A stretch of DNA of 64,000 nucleotides from Candidatus Bathyarchaeota archaeon (GTDB lineage Archaea; Thermoproteota; Bathyarchaeia; Bathyarchaeales; Bathycorpusculaceae), in the NCBI GenBank assembly GCA_963768425.1, contig CAVYHV010000008.1, forward strand, positions 128,001 through 192,000, read 5' to 3'. Made by a program: the position numbers and the translations under genes. The first letter of the stretch is position 1; each line of letters begins with the position of its first letter. This document shows positions 8,809 to 18,696 of the stretch, piece after piece. The notes beneath the pieces are model-generated. The model was not told the origin of the DNA. It was given only the letters and a program-made list of their open reading frames with translations, and did not search any database.

Positions 8809-10100
8809 GAGGAGGACTCTTCCACGCGTTGGTTAGCGGTTAAGTTGTCAAGCTGCTCCCGTTCCCTAATGACAGTTGGTTTGCCTTGCCTAATCATGAC
8901 TTCGGCGGCTCTAGGTCTCGCGTTGTATTGCGAGCTCATGCTGAAACCGTAAGCGCCTGCGTTCAGAACAGCAAGTACATCTCCTTCTTCGATCACGGGC
9001 AGTTCACGATTTTTGGCTAGAGCGTCGCCTGACTCGCAAATTGGGCCCACTATGTCGTAAGTTTCTTTGTTCGTTGCTCCCAGCTTGTTGGCGACGACTA
9101 TCGAATGGTAGGAGCCGTACATTGTCGGGCGGATAAGCGTGTTGAAGCCAGCGTCTACGCCGACAAACTTCTTGGAAGGCGTTACCTTAACGGTGTTAAC
9201 GGTGGTCAAAAGAATGCTTGCGTCACAGACAAGATACCTTCCGGGCTCCACGCACAAGAAAGGTTTGCCCAAACCGTACTCAGCCACTTTACTTTTGAAG
9301 AGCCCGACCACTTTGCTGGAGAAGGCTGCCCAATCAAAATCTTTGTCTTCCGGACTGTATGGAACCCCGAAGCCGCCACCTATGTCGATGAAATCGAAGT
9401 TCACACCTACTTCGTCATGAACTCGCTTGGCGATGCTTAGCAGCTTTTCGACTGCCTGAATATAAGGTTCTACATCTAGGATGCCTGAGCCAATGTGCAT
9501 GTGGATGCCGAAGCGTTCCACTCTTGCTCTCTTCGCAATAGCGTAAGCCTGAATTGCTTCTTCTTCCCAGAGCCCGAATTTAGAGTCTGGGCCTGCGGTT
9601 ATGCAATGTTCGTGATGTCCAGCACCGATTTCTGGGTTGATTCGAACCGAAAGAACCTGCGGAACCCCAATTTTAAGCAGCCTCTCAATTTCGGAGAGCG
9701 AATCAATGTTTACTGTGATGTTTGCGTCTGCCAGCATTTTTAGCTCGTCGTTTCGGACGCTGGTTCCGGTGAACATGATGCGGTCTGGGGTGTACCCGCT
9801 AACCAAGCCCATGAAAACTTCGCCTGGGCTTACAGTGTCTAGATATGCGCCTTGCGACTGCATAATTTTGAGAACGGTGAGGTTCGAGTTGGCTTTTGCT
9901 GCGTAGTAGACCCGTAGGTACTTGTAGCTGCTGGTTAAGGCGTCAAAAATCCGATTATAGTTGTCTCTGAGCCGTTTCTCGCTCACCACGTAAAGTGGAG
10001 TATCATATTTCTGGGCTAGCTCCTTAACGGATACGCCGTCAAAGAATAAGCTGCCTTTACGGTCTTCTAAGGGTTCGCGAAACTTTTTTGCCTTAACCAT
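8805..10100 (-). CDS. lysA: Diaminopimelate decarboxylase
   Basis: YAAKAN, SKFG, HMHIGS, EPGRY, GPICESGD, GAYGFSMSSQYN. Confidence 0.97.
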   Translation of the reverse strand: MVKAKKFREPLEDRKGSLFFDGVSVKELAQKYDTPLYVVSEKRLRDNYNRIFDALTSSYKYLRVYYAAKANSNLTVLKIMQSQGAYLDTVSPGEVFMGLVSGYTPDRIMFTGTSVRNDELKMLADANITVNIDSLSEIERLLKIGVPQVLSVRINPEIGAGHHEHCITAGPDSKFGLWEEEAIQAYAIAKRARVERFGIHMHIGSGILDVEPYIQAVEKLLSIAKRVHDEVGVNFDFIDIGGGFGVPYSPEDKDFDWAAFSSKVVGLFKSKVAEYGLGKPFLCVEPGRYLVCDASILLTTVNTVKVTPSKKFVGVDAGFNTLIRPTMYGSYHSIVVANKLGATNKETYDIVGPICESGDALAKNRELPVIEEGDVLAVLNAGAYGFSMSSQYNARPRAAEVMIRQGKPTVIREREQLDNLTANQRVEESSS

Positions 10101-10136
10101 CTATTCCACCCACTTTTCTCTAAGTTACTCGGAAGC

Positions 10137-11195
10137 CTAAGCTAATCCTTTAGCAACGTAGAGTTCAGCGCTTAAAATTCCTGCGCCTGCACCGCCGCGA
10201 ACCGTGTTATGCCCGAGGCACATGTACTTGAAGGTCATTATCGGATCCTTTCGTATCCGACCGACCACAACACTCATCCCGCAGCCAGTGTCACGGTCAA
10301 AACGCGGTTGAGGCCTGTTCTTTTCGTGGCGAACTACAATAGGCTGCTTAGGCGCAGAGGGTAGCTTGAGTTTTTGGGGTTCGCCTTTGAAGTTTGCGAA
10401 CGCAGCTTCAATTTCCTCTACTGACGGGTCGCATTCTGTTTTGATGAATACCGATTCTAAATGTCCGTCTTTCACATTGACTCGGTTGCAGCTTGCGCTA
10501 AGCTTGAAGTCAGCGTTCTGAACTGATTTGCCGTCGAATGTTCCTAGAATCTTAAGGGCTTCGGCTTCCATTTTTTCTTCTTCGCCTGAAATGAATGGCA
10601 CCACATTGTCAATTATGTCAAGTGAAGCCACCCCTGGGTATCCTGCGCCGCTGAGCGCTTGCATGGTTGAAACAATAATTTGATTTAAGCCAAATTGCAC
10701 CAGGGGCTTTAGGGTAACTGCCAGCTGTATAGTGCTGCAGTTAGGATCTGTCGATATGAAGCCTTTCCAGCCTCGCATCTTCTGCTGCACCTTTATCAAC
10801 TCGACGTGTTCGGGGTTGATTTCTGGGATGAGCAATGGTACATCTTTCTCCATTCTATGTGCGCTTGCCTTGCTGAAAACAGGGAAAAGCGCCGCAAACT
10901 GTGACTCAACTGGACCAGCTAAATCTCCTGGCAACGAAGAAAATATCAAATCCACATCGCCTGCCTTCTCGACGGATTCAACGTCGGCGTTCACCACAGG
11001 CATCTCTGCGATCTCTTTAGGCAGGTTCGATTCCATAACCCATGTGCAGGCTTCGCCGTATTTTTTGCCTGCTGACCGCTCTGAAGCGGCAAGTACTTCA
11101 ATCTGGAACCACGGGTGTCCCTGAAGTAGTTGAATGAACCTTTGTCCTACGGCTCCCGTTGCACCTAAGACTGCTACTTTACGCTTAGACGACAT
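10137..11195 (-). CDS. asd: Aspartate-semialdehyde dehydrogenase (archaeal type)
   Basis: GATGAVGQRF, PNCST, QALSGAGYPG, HNTVRGGAG. Confidence 0.97.
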   Translation of the reverse strand: MSSKRKVAVLGATGAVGQRFIQLLQGHPWFQIEVLAASERSAGKKYGEACTWVMESNLPKEIAEMPVVNADVESVEKAGDVDLIFSSLPGDLAGPVESQFAALFPVFSKASAHRMEKDVPLLIPEINPEHVELIKVQQKMRGWKGFISTDPNCSTIQLAVTLKPLVQFGLNQIIVSTMQALSGAGYPGVASLDIIDNVVPFISGEEEKMEAEALKILGTFDGKSVQNADFKLSASCNRVNVKDGHLESVFIKTECDPSVEEIEAAFANFKGEPQKLKLPSAPKQPIVVRHEKNRPQPRFDRDTGCGMSVVVGRIRKDPIMTFKYMCLGHNTVRGGAGAGILSAELYVAKGLA

Positions 11196-12354
11196 TTTCT
11201 ATTGCTTCCTTTGCTCTTTTGATTTCTTTTTCTTCGATAAAAACATTAATGGTTGCCTTGCTCGTTGTAACCTCTATAATGTTGATTCCCGCCTGACTTA
11301 AGGCATTAGCTATTTTTGCGATGCCGCCTGGCGAATCAATGAAGTCAGGGTCGCTGATTTGGATCATAGCGACGTTTTCTCTGTGGCTTACAGCTTTGAA
11401 GTCCTTTATGCTGTGCAGTTGGTTTAGAATTTGAGCGATATCGCCGTCTGTGGTGAAGACCGTTACCGATTTTTTTCCTGAACTGACTCCATAAACTGGT
11501 TTTTCCCTGAGCACAGAAAAGACTTCTCGGATGTTTTGCGTGTTAACTTCGCAGACAATGCTTACTGCAATTAACCCCTGTTGCATCAAAGTTTCAGCGG
11601 AGTTAATGTTGAAGAAGCCGGTGATTTCTGTGCCGCCCTTGGATAGGTTGCCCGAGTTAAAGTCTACTACCCTGAGGGTCTGGTTGGGCAGTTTATATTT
11701 TAGAGCTCCTGCCTTGACGATTTTTGCTCCGCCTTGGGCTAAATCGAACATTTCGTGTATCTCTAGCTTTTCCAGTGGTCTTGGGTTTGGGACTATTTTG
11801 GGGTCTGCTGATAGAACTCCACTTGTTTCTTTTACAAGGATGATTTGGTCAGCGGATATGCATCGAGCAAGAAGCATTGCCGTTGTGTCGCTTCCCCCTC
11901 TTCCTAGAGTGGTAACTTTGCCTTGCGGGTCTTTTCCAAGAAAACCGCACACCACCGGAATAATCTTACCTAAAAGTGGCGTCAGAAACTTTGCTGTCAA
12001 AGATGCCGTTTTCTCTAAGTCGGGTGTCGCGTTACGGAAGTTTTGGTCAGTAACGATAGGCCAGTTATCGTTTGCTGGGTCGAACACTTCAGCTTCTAGT
12101 CCTTGAGCCCTGAGAGCTGCACAGAAAACACGGGCGCTTGTCCTCTCCCCCGTAGATATTATCTCTGCCCAATCAGCGTCACCTACACCGATCCAACTGG
12201 CTGCTTCGGTAAGACTGTCCGTCGTTTTACCCATGGCAGAAACCACAACAACAACTTCGCTAAAACGTGCATCCGCCAGAAGCTTGGCTGCACGCTGGAT
12301 TTTTTCCCCAGACGATAAATCGGCGCCTCCGAACTTAACAACGACTCGAACCAA
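11185..12354 (-). CDS. lysC: Aspartate kinase with C-terminal ACT domain
   Basis: VVKFGG, VVSAMGKTTD, TLGRGGSDTTA, SADPKIV, ACT-like tail. Confidence 0.93.
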   Translation of the reverse strand: MVRVVVKFGGADLSSGEKIQRAAKLLADARFSEVVVVVSAMGKTTDSLTEAASWIGVGDADWAEIISTGERTSARVFCAALRAQGLEAEVFDPANDNWPIVTDQNFRNATPDLEKTASLTAKFLTPLLGKIIPVVCGFLGKDPQGKVTTLGRGGSDTTAMLLARCISADQIILVKETSGVLSADPKIVPNPRPLEKLEIHEMFDLAQGGAKIVKAGALKYKLPNQTLRVVDFNSGNLSKGGTEITGFFNINSAETLMQQGLIAVSIVCEVNTQNIREVFSVLREKPVYGVSSGKKSVTVFTTDGDIAQILNQLHSIKDFKAVSHRENVAMIQISDPDFIDSPGGIAKIANALSQAGINIIEVTTSKATINVFIEEKEIKRAKEAIENVV

Positions 12355-12366
12355 GATTCCCCGCCT

Positions 12367-13161
12367 TTAAGATAAGCCTAACGCGTCAGCCATGCTGTAG
12401 ACCCTTGGCTCGTTCTGCCTGCTTAACCATTCAGCCGCGTAAACAGCACCTTGCGCAAAAACGTTGCGTGAAAACGCCGTATGCTCTATTCGCAGCATTT
12501 CGTAGGGTCCAGCAACTACCAAGTCGTGGATTCCTGGGATTCCACCTGCACGCAACGACGTGATTTCGAGTTCTCCGGGTTGGCGTGGGCTTATTCCTTC
12601 GCGCCCAGAAACAACTTTGGTGTAGCCCCGGGTGTTAGCGACTATTTCGCCAAGTTTTCTGGCTGTTCCACTTGGAGCATCCTTCTTGCCGATGTGATGT
12701 ATTTCATTTATGCTGAAGTCGTATCCCTCTGGAAAAGCCTTCAGAGACTCTGCCAACTTGAAGAGTATGTTGACGCCTACAGAGTAGTTTGGTGAGAAGA
12801 CAGCTGGAGTTTTGCCTGACATTGTAGCAACGATTTCCTCGTTCTGTTCTGGGGTGAACCCTGTTGTTCCTAAGATTATGCGTTTTCGAAAATTAACTAC
12901 GATTGGAATGTTTATCATTTCGGCGGCTGGCGACGTAAAACTGATGTAGGTGTCTGCGTTTTGAACCGCTTCTTTGAGCCTGTCTGGTCCCATAATTTTT
13001 GTGTCTGAATTGTGGAAGCCCAGTTCTCTTAGGGTTTTGCCAATGCAAGGGTTATTGGGCGCTTCAATTGCTCCTACGATCTGGTGACCTTTGGTTGCCG
13101 CTTCGGCCATGATAGCATTGCCCATTCTGCCTGCCGCGCCAGCTACGCATAACTTAAGCAT
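12367..13161 (-). CDS. dapB: 4-hydroxy-tetrahydrodipicolinate reductase
   Basis: GAAGRMG, GTTGF, PNYSVGVN, EIHHIGKKDAPSGTA; the ATG at 13161 overlaps the dapA stop region. Confidence 0.96.
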   Translation of the reverse strand: MLKLCVAGAAGRMGNAIMAEAATKGHQIVGAIEAPNNPCIGKTLRELGFHNSDTKIMGPDRLKEAVQNADTYISFTSPAAEMINIPIVVNFRKRIILGTTGFTPEQNEEIVATMSGKTPAVFSPNYSVGVNILFKLAESLKAFPEGYDFSINEIHHIGKKDAPSGTARKLGEIVANTRGYTKVVSGREGISPRQPGELEITSLRAGGIPGIHDLVVAGPYEMLRIEHTAFSRNVFAQGAVYAAEWLSRQNEPRVYSMADALGLS

Positions 13162-14191
13162 AGAAAAGGCCTTCCAAGTAGCGTTCATTATACAATCGAT
13201 CTTTCAAGTCCACGTTAAAGTAGTCTGCGATGGGTTGGAGAATTTCAGGGTTTTTCTCGTAGACTTTTCTTACGTTGGTGAGGACCACTTCTAAGCCATT
13301 GCGGGTCATTTTTCCTAGAGGCTGCCTGCATGGACCAGAGGGCATCCCTAATATGTTCATCAACGTTTTGTAGGCCAGCGGGTTTCGTGCTTTGCTGGAT
13401 ACGGCACCGTAAGGTGTCTGTTCCTGTGTTTTCACTGTAACTATGCTGAATAGCGGCTGGAGCGTCTGTGCAATCGCGCTGGCCGCTTCCGCGTTTCCAT
13501 CCAGCAAATAGTGAACCATGTCGACGACCGAGCTTGGGGCGACGTTAGAGACAACTGAAATGACTCCGCTTGCCGAAATGTCTGGCGAAATCATCATGGT
13601 ATAGGTTTTGTCGTCGTCGCCGGATAAAATATCGAAGTCTTCGCCACAGAACTGTCTCGTCAACTCAGCGTTTTTCAAATCGCAAGTTGCTTCTTTTACG
13701 CAACTGACGTTTGGGTATTGATGGTGGAGAACAGCGAGGTCCTGCGGGAGGAGTTGCGTTCCCGTTCTACCCGGGATAATGTATGGAATAATCTGGATTT
13801 CTGGAAACTGCTTTGCGATGGGCTCAACATATTCCCTTCGAATCTCCAGTGAGCTTGGACCGTTATAATATGGATCTACAAGTAGGACGCATTTGACGCC
13901 GGTTCGCTGAGCATGTTCTGTGCCTTCGATGGCTTCTTGAGTTGAGTTGCTTCCCGTCCCAGCGATGGTTAAGACTCTTTGGCTTGCGAACTCGTGTATT
14001 TTTTCGATTACTTTGTTGTGTTCGCTCCATTCTAAGGTTGGGCTTTCGCCGGTTGTTCCGACTGCAAGGATTCCTTTTGCCCCTTGATCTATTTGGAAAT
14101 CTACTAGTTGACGTAATCCTTCGTAATCGACTTGACGATCAGACGTCATAGGAGTTATTAAGGCAGTATAACAGCCGCTAAATTTTACCAT
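13154..14191 (-). CDS. dapA: 4-hydroxy-tetrahydrodipicolinate synthase (long form)
   Basis: GTTGESPTL, GTGSNST, PYYN, IPGRTG, VKEAT, LSGDD. Confidence 0.95.
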   Translation of the reverse strand: MVKFSGCYTALITPMTSDRQVDYEGLRQLVDFQIDQGAKGILAVGTTGESPTLEWSEHNKVIEKIHEFASQRVLTIAGTGSNSTQEAIEGTEHAQRTGVKCVLLVDPYYNGPSSLEIRREYVEPIAKQFPEIQIIPYIIPGRTGTQLLPQDLAVLHHQYPNVSCVKEATCDLKNAELTRQFCGEDFDILSGDDDKTYTMMISPDISASGVISVVSNVAPSSVVDMVHYLLDGNAEAASAIAQTLQPLFSIVTVKTQEQTPYGAVSSKARNPLAYKTLMNILGMPSGPCRQPLGKMTRNGLEVVLTNVRKVYEKNPEILQPIADYFNVDLKDRLYNERYLEGLFYA

Positions 14192-14337
14192 TCCGAATTC
14201 CTCATTTTGGCTGAAACAATCACACGTTGATTGTATTTAAGTATTACGTTTTCATTATATTTTTTACTAAAATAGTAAAGAAGTTACATAAAATGTTCCA
14301 ACAATCAGAACTTCGTCCGATTTCCTTTCCAGAAGCC

Positions 14338-14649
14338 TCATTTTTCAGTAAGTGACAAAACATGATACGCTGTAAAAACACCGTCGTAGCCATAGTAGAG
14401 CTGGCGCAAATAATCAACCGCATCATCGATAGTTCCTGCAGAAGGAATAATAAGCTTGTAATTGTCGGATCGAACAACGACTTCAATCCTTCCCATTTCC
14501 CTCTTAGATATCTTCAATCGCAGAACATTTCGACCGCACAGGTAAACCGCATTCTCTCCGCGCCAGGGCACACCTTTTCTAACATCAATTGTTTTTTTAC
14601 CATTCTTCAACCATTCGAACGCTTCTTTCTTTGTACGGAATACAGGCAA
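14338..14649 (-). CDS. ASCH/PUA-like domain protein
   Basis: FEWLKNGKKTIDVR matches the ASCH GxKxxExR motif; C-terminal LRQLYYG. Confidence 0.75.
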   Translation of the reverse strand: MPVFRTKKEAFEWLKNGKKTIDVRKGVPWRGENAVYLCGRNVLRLKISKREMGRIEVVVRSDNYKLIIPSAGTIDDAVDYLRQLYYGYDGVFTAYHVLSLTEK

Positions 14650-14752
14650 GGAAGCACCAAACCGAGAATGCAGACGACTGGAAAATAAGCTTTAAGTCGA
14701 AATCCGAATAACGATAGGATGTGAAAAAATGGGTGGAACGAGACGGCTCAGT

Positions 14753-14950
14753 TTAACCTTTGCCTTTCTCTTCTTTACCGAAGTATTTGGTCCATTTTAA
14801 TTTGCGTGCGTCGCGTTTGAAAAGTAAGGAGCTTTTTTTGCATTTGCCAGAATCGAACCATAGAATTGATCCGTCGTTCTTAACGTACATCATCCCTGTG
14901 CCAGCTGGGAAATCAGCTCCACAGAACGAACATTTGCGGTTTTTCGGCAT
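14753..14950 (-). CDS. rpl24e: 50S ribosomal protein L24e
   Basis: CSFCG..FPAGTGMMYVKNDG, RKLKWT. Confidence 0.97.
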   Translation of the reverse strand: MPKNRKCSFCGADFPAGTGMMYVKNDGSILWFDSGKCKKSSLLFKRDARKLKWTKYFGKEEKGKG

Positions 14951-14970
14951 GGAATTTTTCTCCTACACAT

Positions 14971-15189
14971 TTACCTGGTGATTTTCTTTGCTTCCCTTTC
15001 TGTCTCTCTCAGCATCAGAATGTCTTGCACTCGCACTGGTCCTTTAACGTTGCGTGTTATGATTCTGCCTTTGTCTTTGCCTTCCATGATGCGCACTCGA
15101 ACCTGAGTGATTTCTCCAGTAACGCCTGTGCGACCTATGATTTGTATAACTTCAGACGGAATAAGTTCTTCAGCTGATTCTTTGCTCAT
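14971..15189 (-). CDS. rps28e: 30S ribosomal protein S28e
   Basis: [32 protein letters not shown]. Confidence 0.97.
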   Translation of the reverse strand: MSKESAEELIPSEVIQIIGRTGVTGEITQVRVRIMEGKDKGRIITRNVKGPVRVQDILMLRETEREAKKITR

Positions 15190-15569
15190 TACTGAGATCC
15201 TCGTTTAACCTGGTCAATCCGAGTGATGATTTCTTTGATTAATCCTGTGGCTTCGCCTTCTTTGAGTATGCATGCTGCTGCGCAAGGAACGTCTATGCCT
15301 AATGCGTTGCCTAGCTTGATTTTTTCGGGGACAAAAACGTACGGAATTTTTCTTTCGTCGCAGAGAAGCGGCAAATGTGCTACTACTTCCGGTGGATCAA
15401 CATCTTCTGCTATTATGACAAGTTTTGCTTGAGCTCGTTCAACAGCTTTTGTCGCTTCGTTAGTTCCTTTCCTAACTACTCCTGATTTAGAAGCAATGGA
15501 TAGGGCTTCATAGGCTGCATCTACGATTTCTTTCGGTACTTCATATTTTACATAAAACGGTTTGGACAT
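15189..15569 (-). CDS. rpl7ae: 50S ribosomal protein L7Ae
   Basis: [31 protein letters not shown]. Confidence 0.97.
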   Translation of the reverse strand: MSKPFYVKYEVPKEIVDAAYEALSIASKSGVVRKGTNEATKAVERAQAKLVIIAEDVDPPEVVAHLPLLCDERKIPYVFVPEKIKLGNALGIDVPCAAACILKEGEATGLIKEIITRIDQVKRGSQ

Positions 15570-15671
15570 ATTAGCCTCACCCTTTTAAGGCACAGTTTTA
15601 TCCACACTTCTTCTTTAAGAAGCTTTCTACGCAAAAACACCTGTATTTAGCGTGCGCCTTATAAAGACTTT

Positions 15672-15688
15672 AGAAAGCTTTAAATAAA
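15672..15688 (+). promoter_or_regulatory. BRE/TATA promoter of gar1-tfb
   Basis: Purine-rich AGAAAG followed by TTTAAATA, about 20 nt upstream of the gar1 ORF. Confidence 0.55.
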
Positions 15689-15705
15689 CATCTACGGTCA
15701 CCTAC

Positions 15706-15975
15706 ATGTTTTCGAGAGGGGAATGGCGCAGTTTGCAAAAATTGGGAAGAGTGCGGGCGTTAACTCCATCCAAAAACGTTATAGTAAAGGCCGAAAATGT
15801 CCCAAAAATCGGGACAGAAGTTGTTGATGAAAACCTCACAGTAGTTGGCAAAGTTTTCGATATTATAGGTCCAGTGTCTGCTCCTTATGCAGTGGTTAAG
15901 CCGACAATAAGTGAACCGGTTAAACTATTGAATAAGCCAGTGTACTTGCTTCTCTCGAAGATAAAGAGGCGCTAA
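15706..15975 (+). CDS. gar1: H/ACA RNP subunit Gar1/Naf1
   Basis: PKIGTEVVD...VGKVFDIIGPVSAPYAVVKP; typical position upstream of tfb. Start may be TTG at 15733. Confidence 0.88.
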   Translation: MFSRGEWRSLQKLGRVRALTPSKNVIVKAENVPKIGTEVVDENLTVVGKVFDIIGPVSAPYAVVKPTISEPVKLLNKPVYLLLSKIKRR

Positions 15976-15980
15976 AATGA

Positions 15981-16946
15981 ATGATTGGAGACAGCAAGAT
16001 ACATGAAGAATCTGACCCATCTGCAAAACCAGAACCCCCCAAGATCCAGTCATGCCCTGAATGCGGCAGCACACGTCTTATGCGGGATTACGAACAAGCG
16101 GAAATAGTTTGCATGGACTGCGGTATTGTAGTGCAGCAGAAAATAGCTGACCGCGGACCGGAGTGGAGGGCGTTTGATGATGAACAGAGGTCGAAAAGAA
16201 CCAGGGTTGGAGCACCACTAACTTACACGATTCACGATAAAGGTTTGTCAACGACCATTGATTGGCATGACCGAGACATCTACGGTAAAAGTCTCTCGCC
16301 AGGGCAGAAAGCTCAGGTTTATCGTCTTAGAAAATGGCAGAGACGCATCAGGGTTTCAGACGCAACAGAACGAAACTTAGCGTTTGCCCTTTCTGAAATA
16401 ACAAAGATATCCAACAACCTGAATCTTCCAAAGAACATTCTTGAAACCGCTTCAGTCATCTATCGGAAAGCTGTGAAAGAACGTCTTATCAGAGGTAGGT
16501 CAATTCAGGGTGTCACTTCAGCAGCACTTTACTTAGCATGCAGACAATGCGGTTTACCGCGCACCCTTGACGAAATCGCTCAAGCTTCAACCGTGAACAA
16601 GAAAGAAGTTGGTCGAAGTTACCGTTTCCTGATAAGAGAACTAAACTATTCAATTCCGCCGTTGAGGCCAAGCCAATACATAACAAAGTTTTCCAACCAA
16701 CTTACCATGCAGGGGAAAGTTGAAGAAATCGCACACAAAATTCTTGCAGCGGCCAAAGAACTCAAGCTCACTTCGGGTAGGGGACCAACTGGAATCGCGG
16801 CGGCTGCAAGCTACATAGCATCAGTCTTAACAGGCGAAAGGAAAACCCAAAGGGAAATCGCTGAAATTGCACAGGTAACAGAAGTCACCATTCGGAATAG
16901 GTATAAGGAACTTGTTGAACGGCTGATGTTCCAGATCAGCATCTGA
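15981..16946 (+). CDS. tfb: Transcription initiation factor IIB
   Basis: Zn ribbon CPECG...CMDCG, GPEWRAF, two cyclin repeats, [13 protein letters not shown]. Confidence 0.98.
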   Translation: MIGDSKIHEESDPSAKPEPPKIQSCPECGSTRLMRDYEQAEIVCMDCGIVVQQKIADRGPEWRAFDDEQRSKRTRVGAPLTYTIHDKGLSTTIDWHDRDIYGKSLSPGQKAQVYRLRKWQRRIRVSDATERNLAFALSEITKISNNLNLPKNILETASVIYRKAVKERLIRGRSIQGVTSAALYLACRQCGLPRTLDEIAQASTVNKKEVGRSYRFLIRELNYSIPPLRPSQYITKFSNQLTMQGKVEEIAHKILAAAKELKLTSGRGPTGIAAAASYIASVLTGERKTQREIAEIAQVTEVTIRNRYKELVERLMFQISI

Positions 16947-17033
16947 CCACTCCTCTCTCCATTTTCAGGTTTGCTATCGGTGAGGATTTAGACGGCGACT
17001 AAGTCTTGTAGAAAAGCGGCGCAAAAGCCCCAA

Positions 17034-17270
17034 ATGGCAGAGTTAGTTTGCAAACTCCGGGAAATACAGGTTGAACTTAAGCAAAGCCTATCTGATCTTC
17101 AAATGAAGTTGGAGCCTTTTTATTCTGAGCCTGATTTTTTAACAAATCTGGACGGTACCAAGCGTAATGCAGAAACTAGAGCTAGTAGTCTCGAAGCTGA
17201 AGTAAAACAGCTCCGTGAAGAACTTAAAGCCATCAGAGACCTCTTAGGATCCAAAGGCGAGAAAGAATAG
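17034..17270 (+). CDS. Small coiled-coil hypothetical protein
   Basis: Heptad-rich 78 aa ORF (LEAEVKQLREELKAIRDLL), same strand as its neighbours. Confidence 0.6.
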   Translation: MAELVCKLREIQVELKQSLSDLQMKLEPFYSEPDFLTNLDGTKRNAETRASSLEAEVKQLREELKAIRDLLGSKGEKE

Positions 17271-17333
17271 TTCCTTACCGAATTACTTTCAAATTAAACA
17301 GCTATTTTTTTAAGTAGCCTGATTGCATAAATA

Positions 17334-17954
17334 ATGCGTATGCCCTATAAATTTACGTTTGACCTCTCCAAGGTTCCGCATTTCTTCTTCGTCGAGATTG
17401 CTACAGTGAGCTACCAGAAGGGCATGCACAGAACCTTAATCAAAAAAATGCAACAAATGATTCTAAAGTTCAAGATCCAAGAAGCAACGGGACTCAACCT
17501 CTCTGACGCTTTGGTTTTGCTTCAGGATTTTATCGACTTGCAAGCGGTAAATTCGATAGAGAGAGGCAAATTCTTGCAGACTAAGAAGAGAGCACTTTTC
17601 CTTTCTCACTGCACAAGAAAATACCTGGATAGTCGCTGCAAAGCAGTTTTTGATGCAAACATCCCATCCTACTCATGTTCTCACTGTTCAGAAGACTGCT
17701 TAGTCAGCAAGTCTGATTGCTTAGCCAAAGAAAGAGGCTATGACGTTTACGTGGTGCCAGGCGGTTCCTGTATACCTAAGATTTTGAAGAGTACGCATTA
17801 CGAAGGCGTTGTGGGAATTGCGTGCGGCGAAGAAATGAAGATTCTAGGCCCGCTTTTAAATAGCTTGGATGTAGCCGGGCAAGCTATACCGTTGCTGAAA
17901 AACGGCTGCGCAAACACCGTTTTTAACATGGAAACTCTCGTCAAAGTTCTTTAG
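17334..17954 (+). CDS. DUF116 family Cys-rich protein (paralog 1)
   Basis: LFLSHC, C..CSHC..C, VYVVPGGS, GVVGIAC, IPLLKNGCANT. Confidence 0.85.
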   Translation: MRMPYKFTFDLSKVPHFFFVEIATVSYQKGMHRTLIKKMQQMILKFKIQEATGLNLSDALVLLQDFIDLQAVNSIERGKFLQTKKRALFLSHCTRKYLDSRCKAVFDANIPSYSCSHCSEDCLVSKSDCLAKERGYDVYVVPGGSCIPKILKSTHYEGVVGIACGEEMKILGPLLNSLDVAGQAIPLLKNGCANTVFNMETLVKVL

Positions 17955-18081
17955 CCTAAGAACTTGCCACGTCAAGAACTTGAAACACTGGCATCCCGCG
18001 TGATGCTAAAATAAAATTCAGGTTCATTATTCATATGCGCAAGATATTCTTTTTAAGTTCGGGTATTTATTCATGTGAGTC

Positions 18082-18696
18082 ATGCCATATAAGTTTACTT
18101 TCGACATTTCAAAAGCCCCACAACATTTCTTCATAGAGCTCGCCATCGTCGGTAACCAAATGGGCATTCAAAAGGTTTTAGAGAAAACCCTGCAGGAACT
18201 CATCAGAAAATTCAAAATTCAGGAAGTTTCAGGACTAAACATTCAAGATACTGTGGTGCTAATACAAGACCTCCTCAAGATGCAAACCTTGAATCTAGTA
18301 CAGAAATCCAAGTTTTTACAGACCAAAAACAGGGCGCTGTTCCTTCCTCACTGTTCCAGGAAATACATGGATAGTCGATGCCAAGCCATTTTTGAACCAA
18401 GCTTGTCTTCGTATGTTTGTGCTCATTGTTCAGTTGACTGTTACATTAACAAGGCGGAACGAATCGCCAAAGAAAAAGGCTATGACGTTTACGTATTATC
18501 TGGGGGTTCTTGTATGCCTAATATTTTGAAACAGAAGAAGTACGAGGGTGTTGTAGGTGTTGCATGCGGTCCAGAAGTAGTTATGTCCGGTGAAAAGCTA
18601 AGCAGTATAGGCATGGCTTGGCAATCCGTTCCGCTGCTGAAGAACGGCTGCGCAAACACCGTCTTCAACATGGAAACACTAGTAAAAGTCCTGTAG
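18082..18696 (+). CDS. DUF116 family Cys-rich protein (paralog 2)
   Basis: LFLPHC, CAHC..C, VYVLSGGS, GVVGVAC, VPLLKNGCANT; collinear with the upstream paralog. Confidence 0.85.
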   Translation: MPYKFTFDISKAPQHFFIELAIVGNQMGIQKVLEKTLQELIRKFKIQEVSGLNIQDTVVLIQDLLKMQTLNLVQKSKFLQTKNRALFLPHCSRKYMDSRCQAIFEPSLSSYVCAHCSVDCYINKAERIAKEKGYDVYVLSGGSCMPNILKQKKYEGVVGVACGPEVVMSGEKLSSIGMAWQSVPLLKNGCANTVFNMETLVKVL

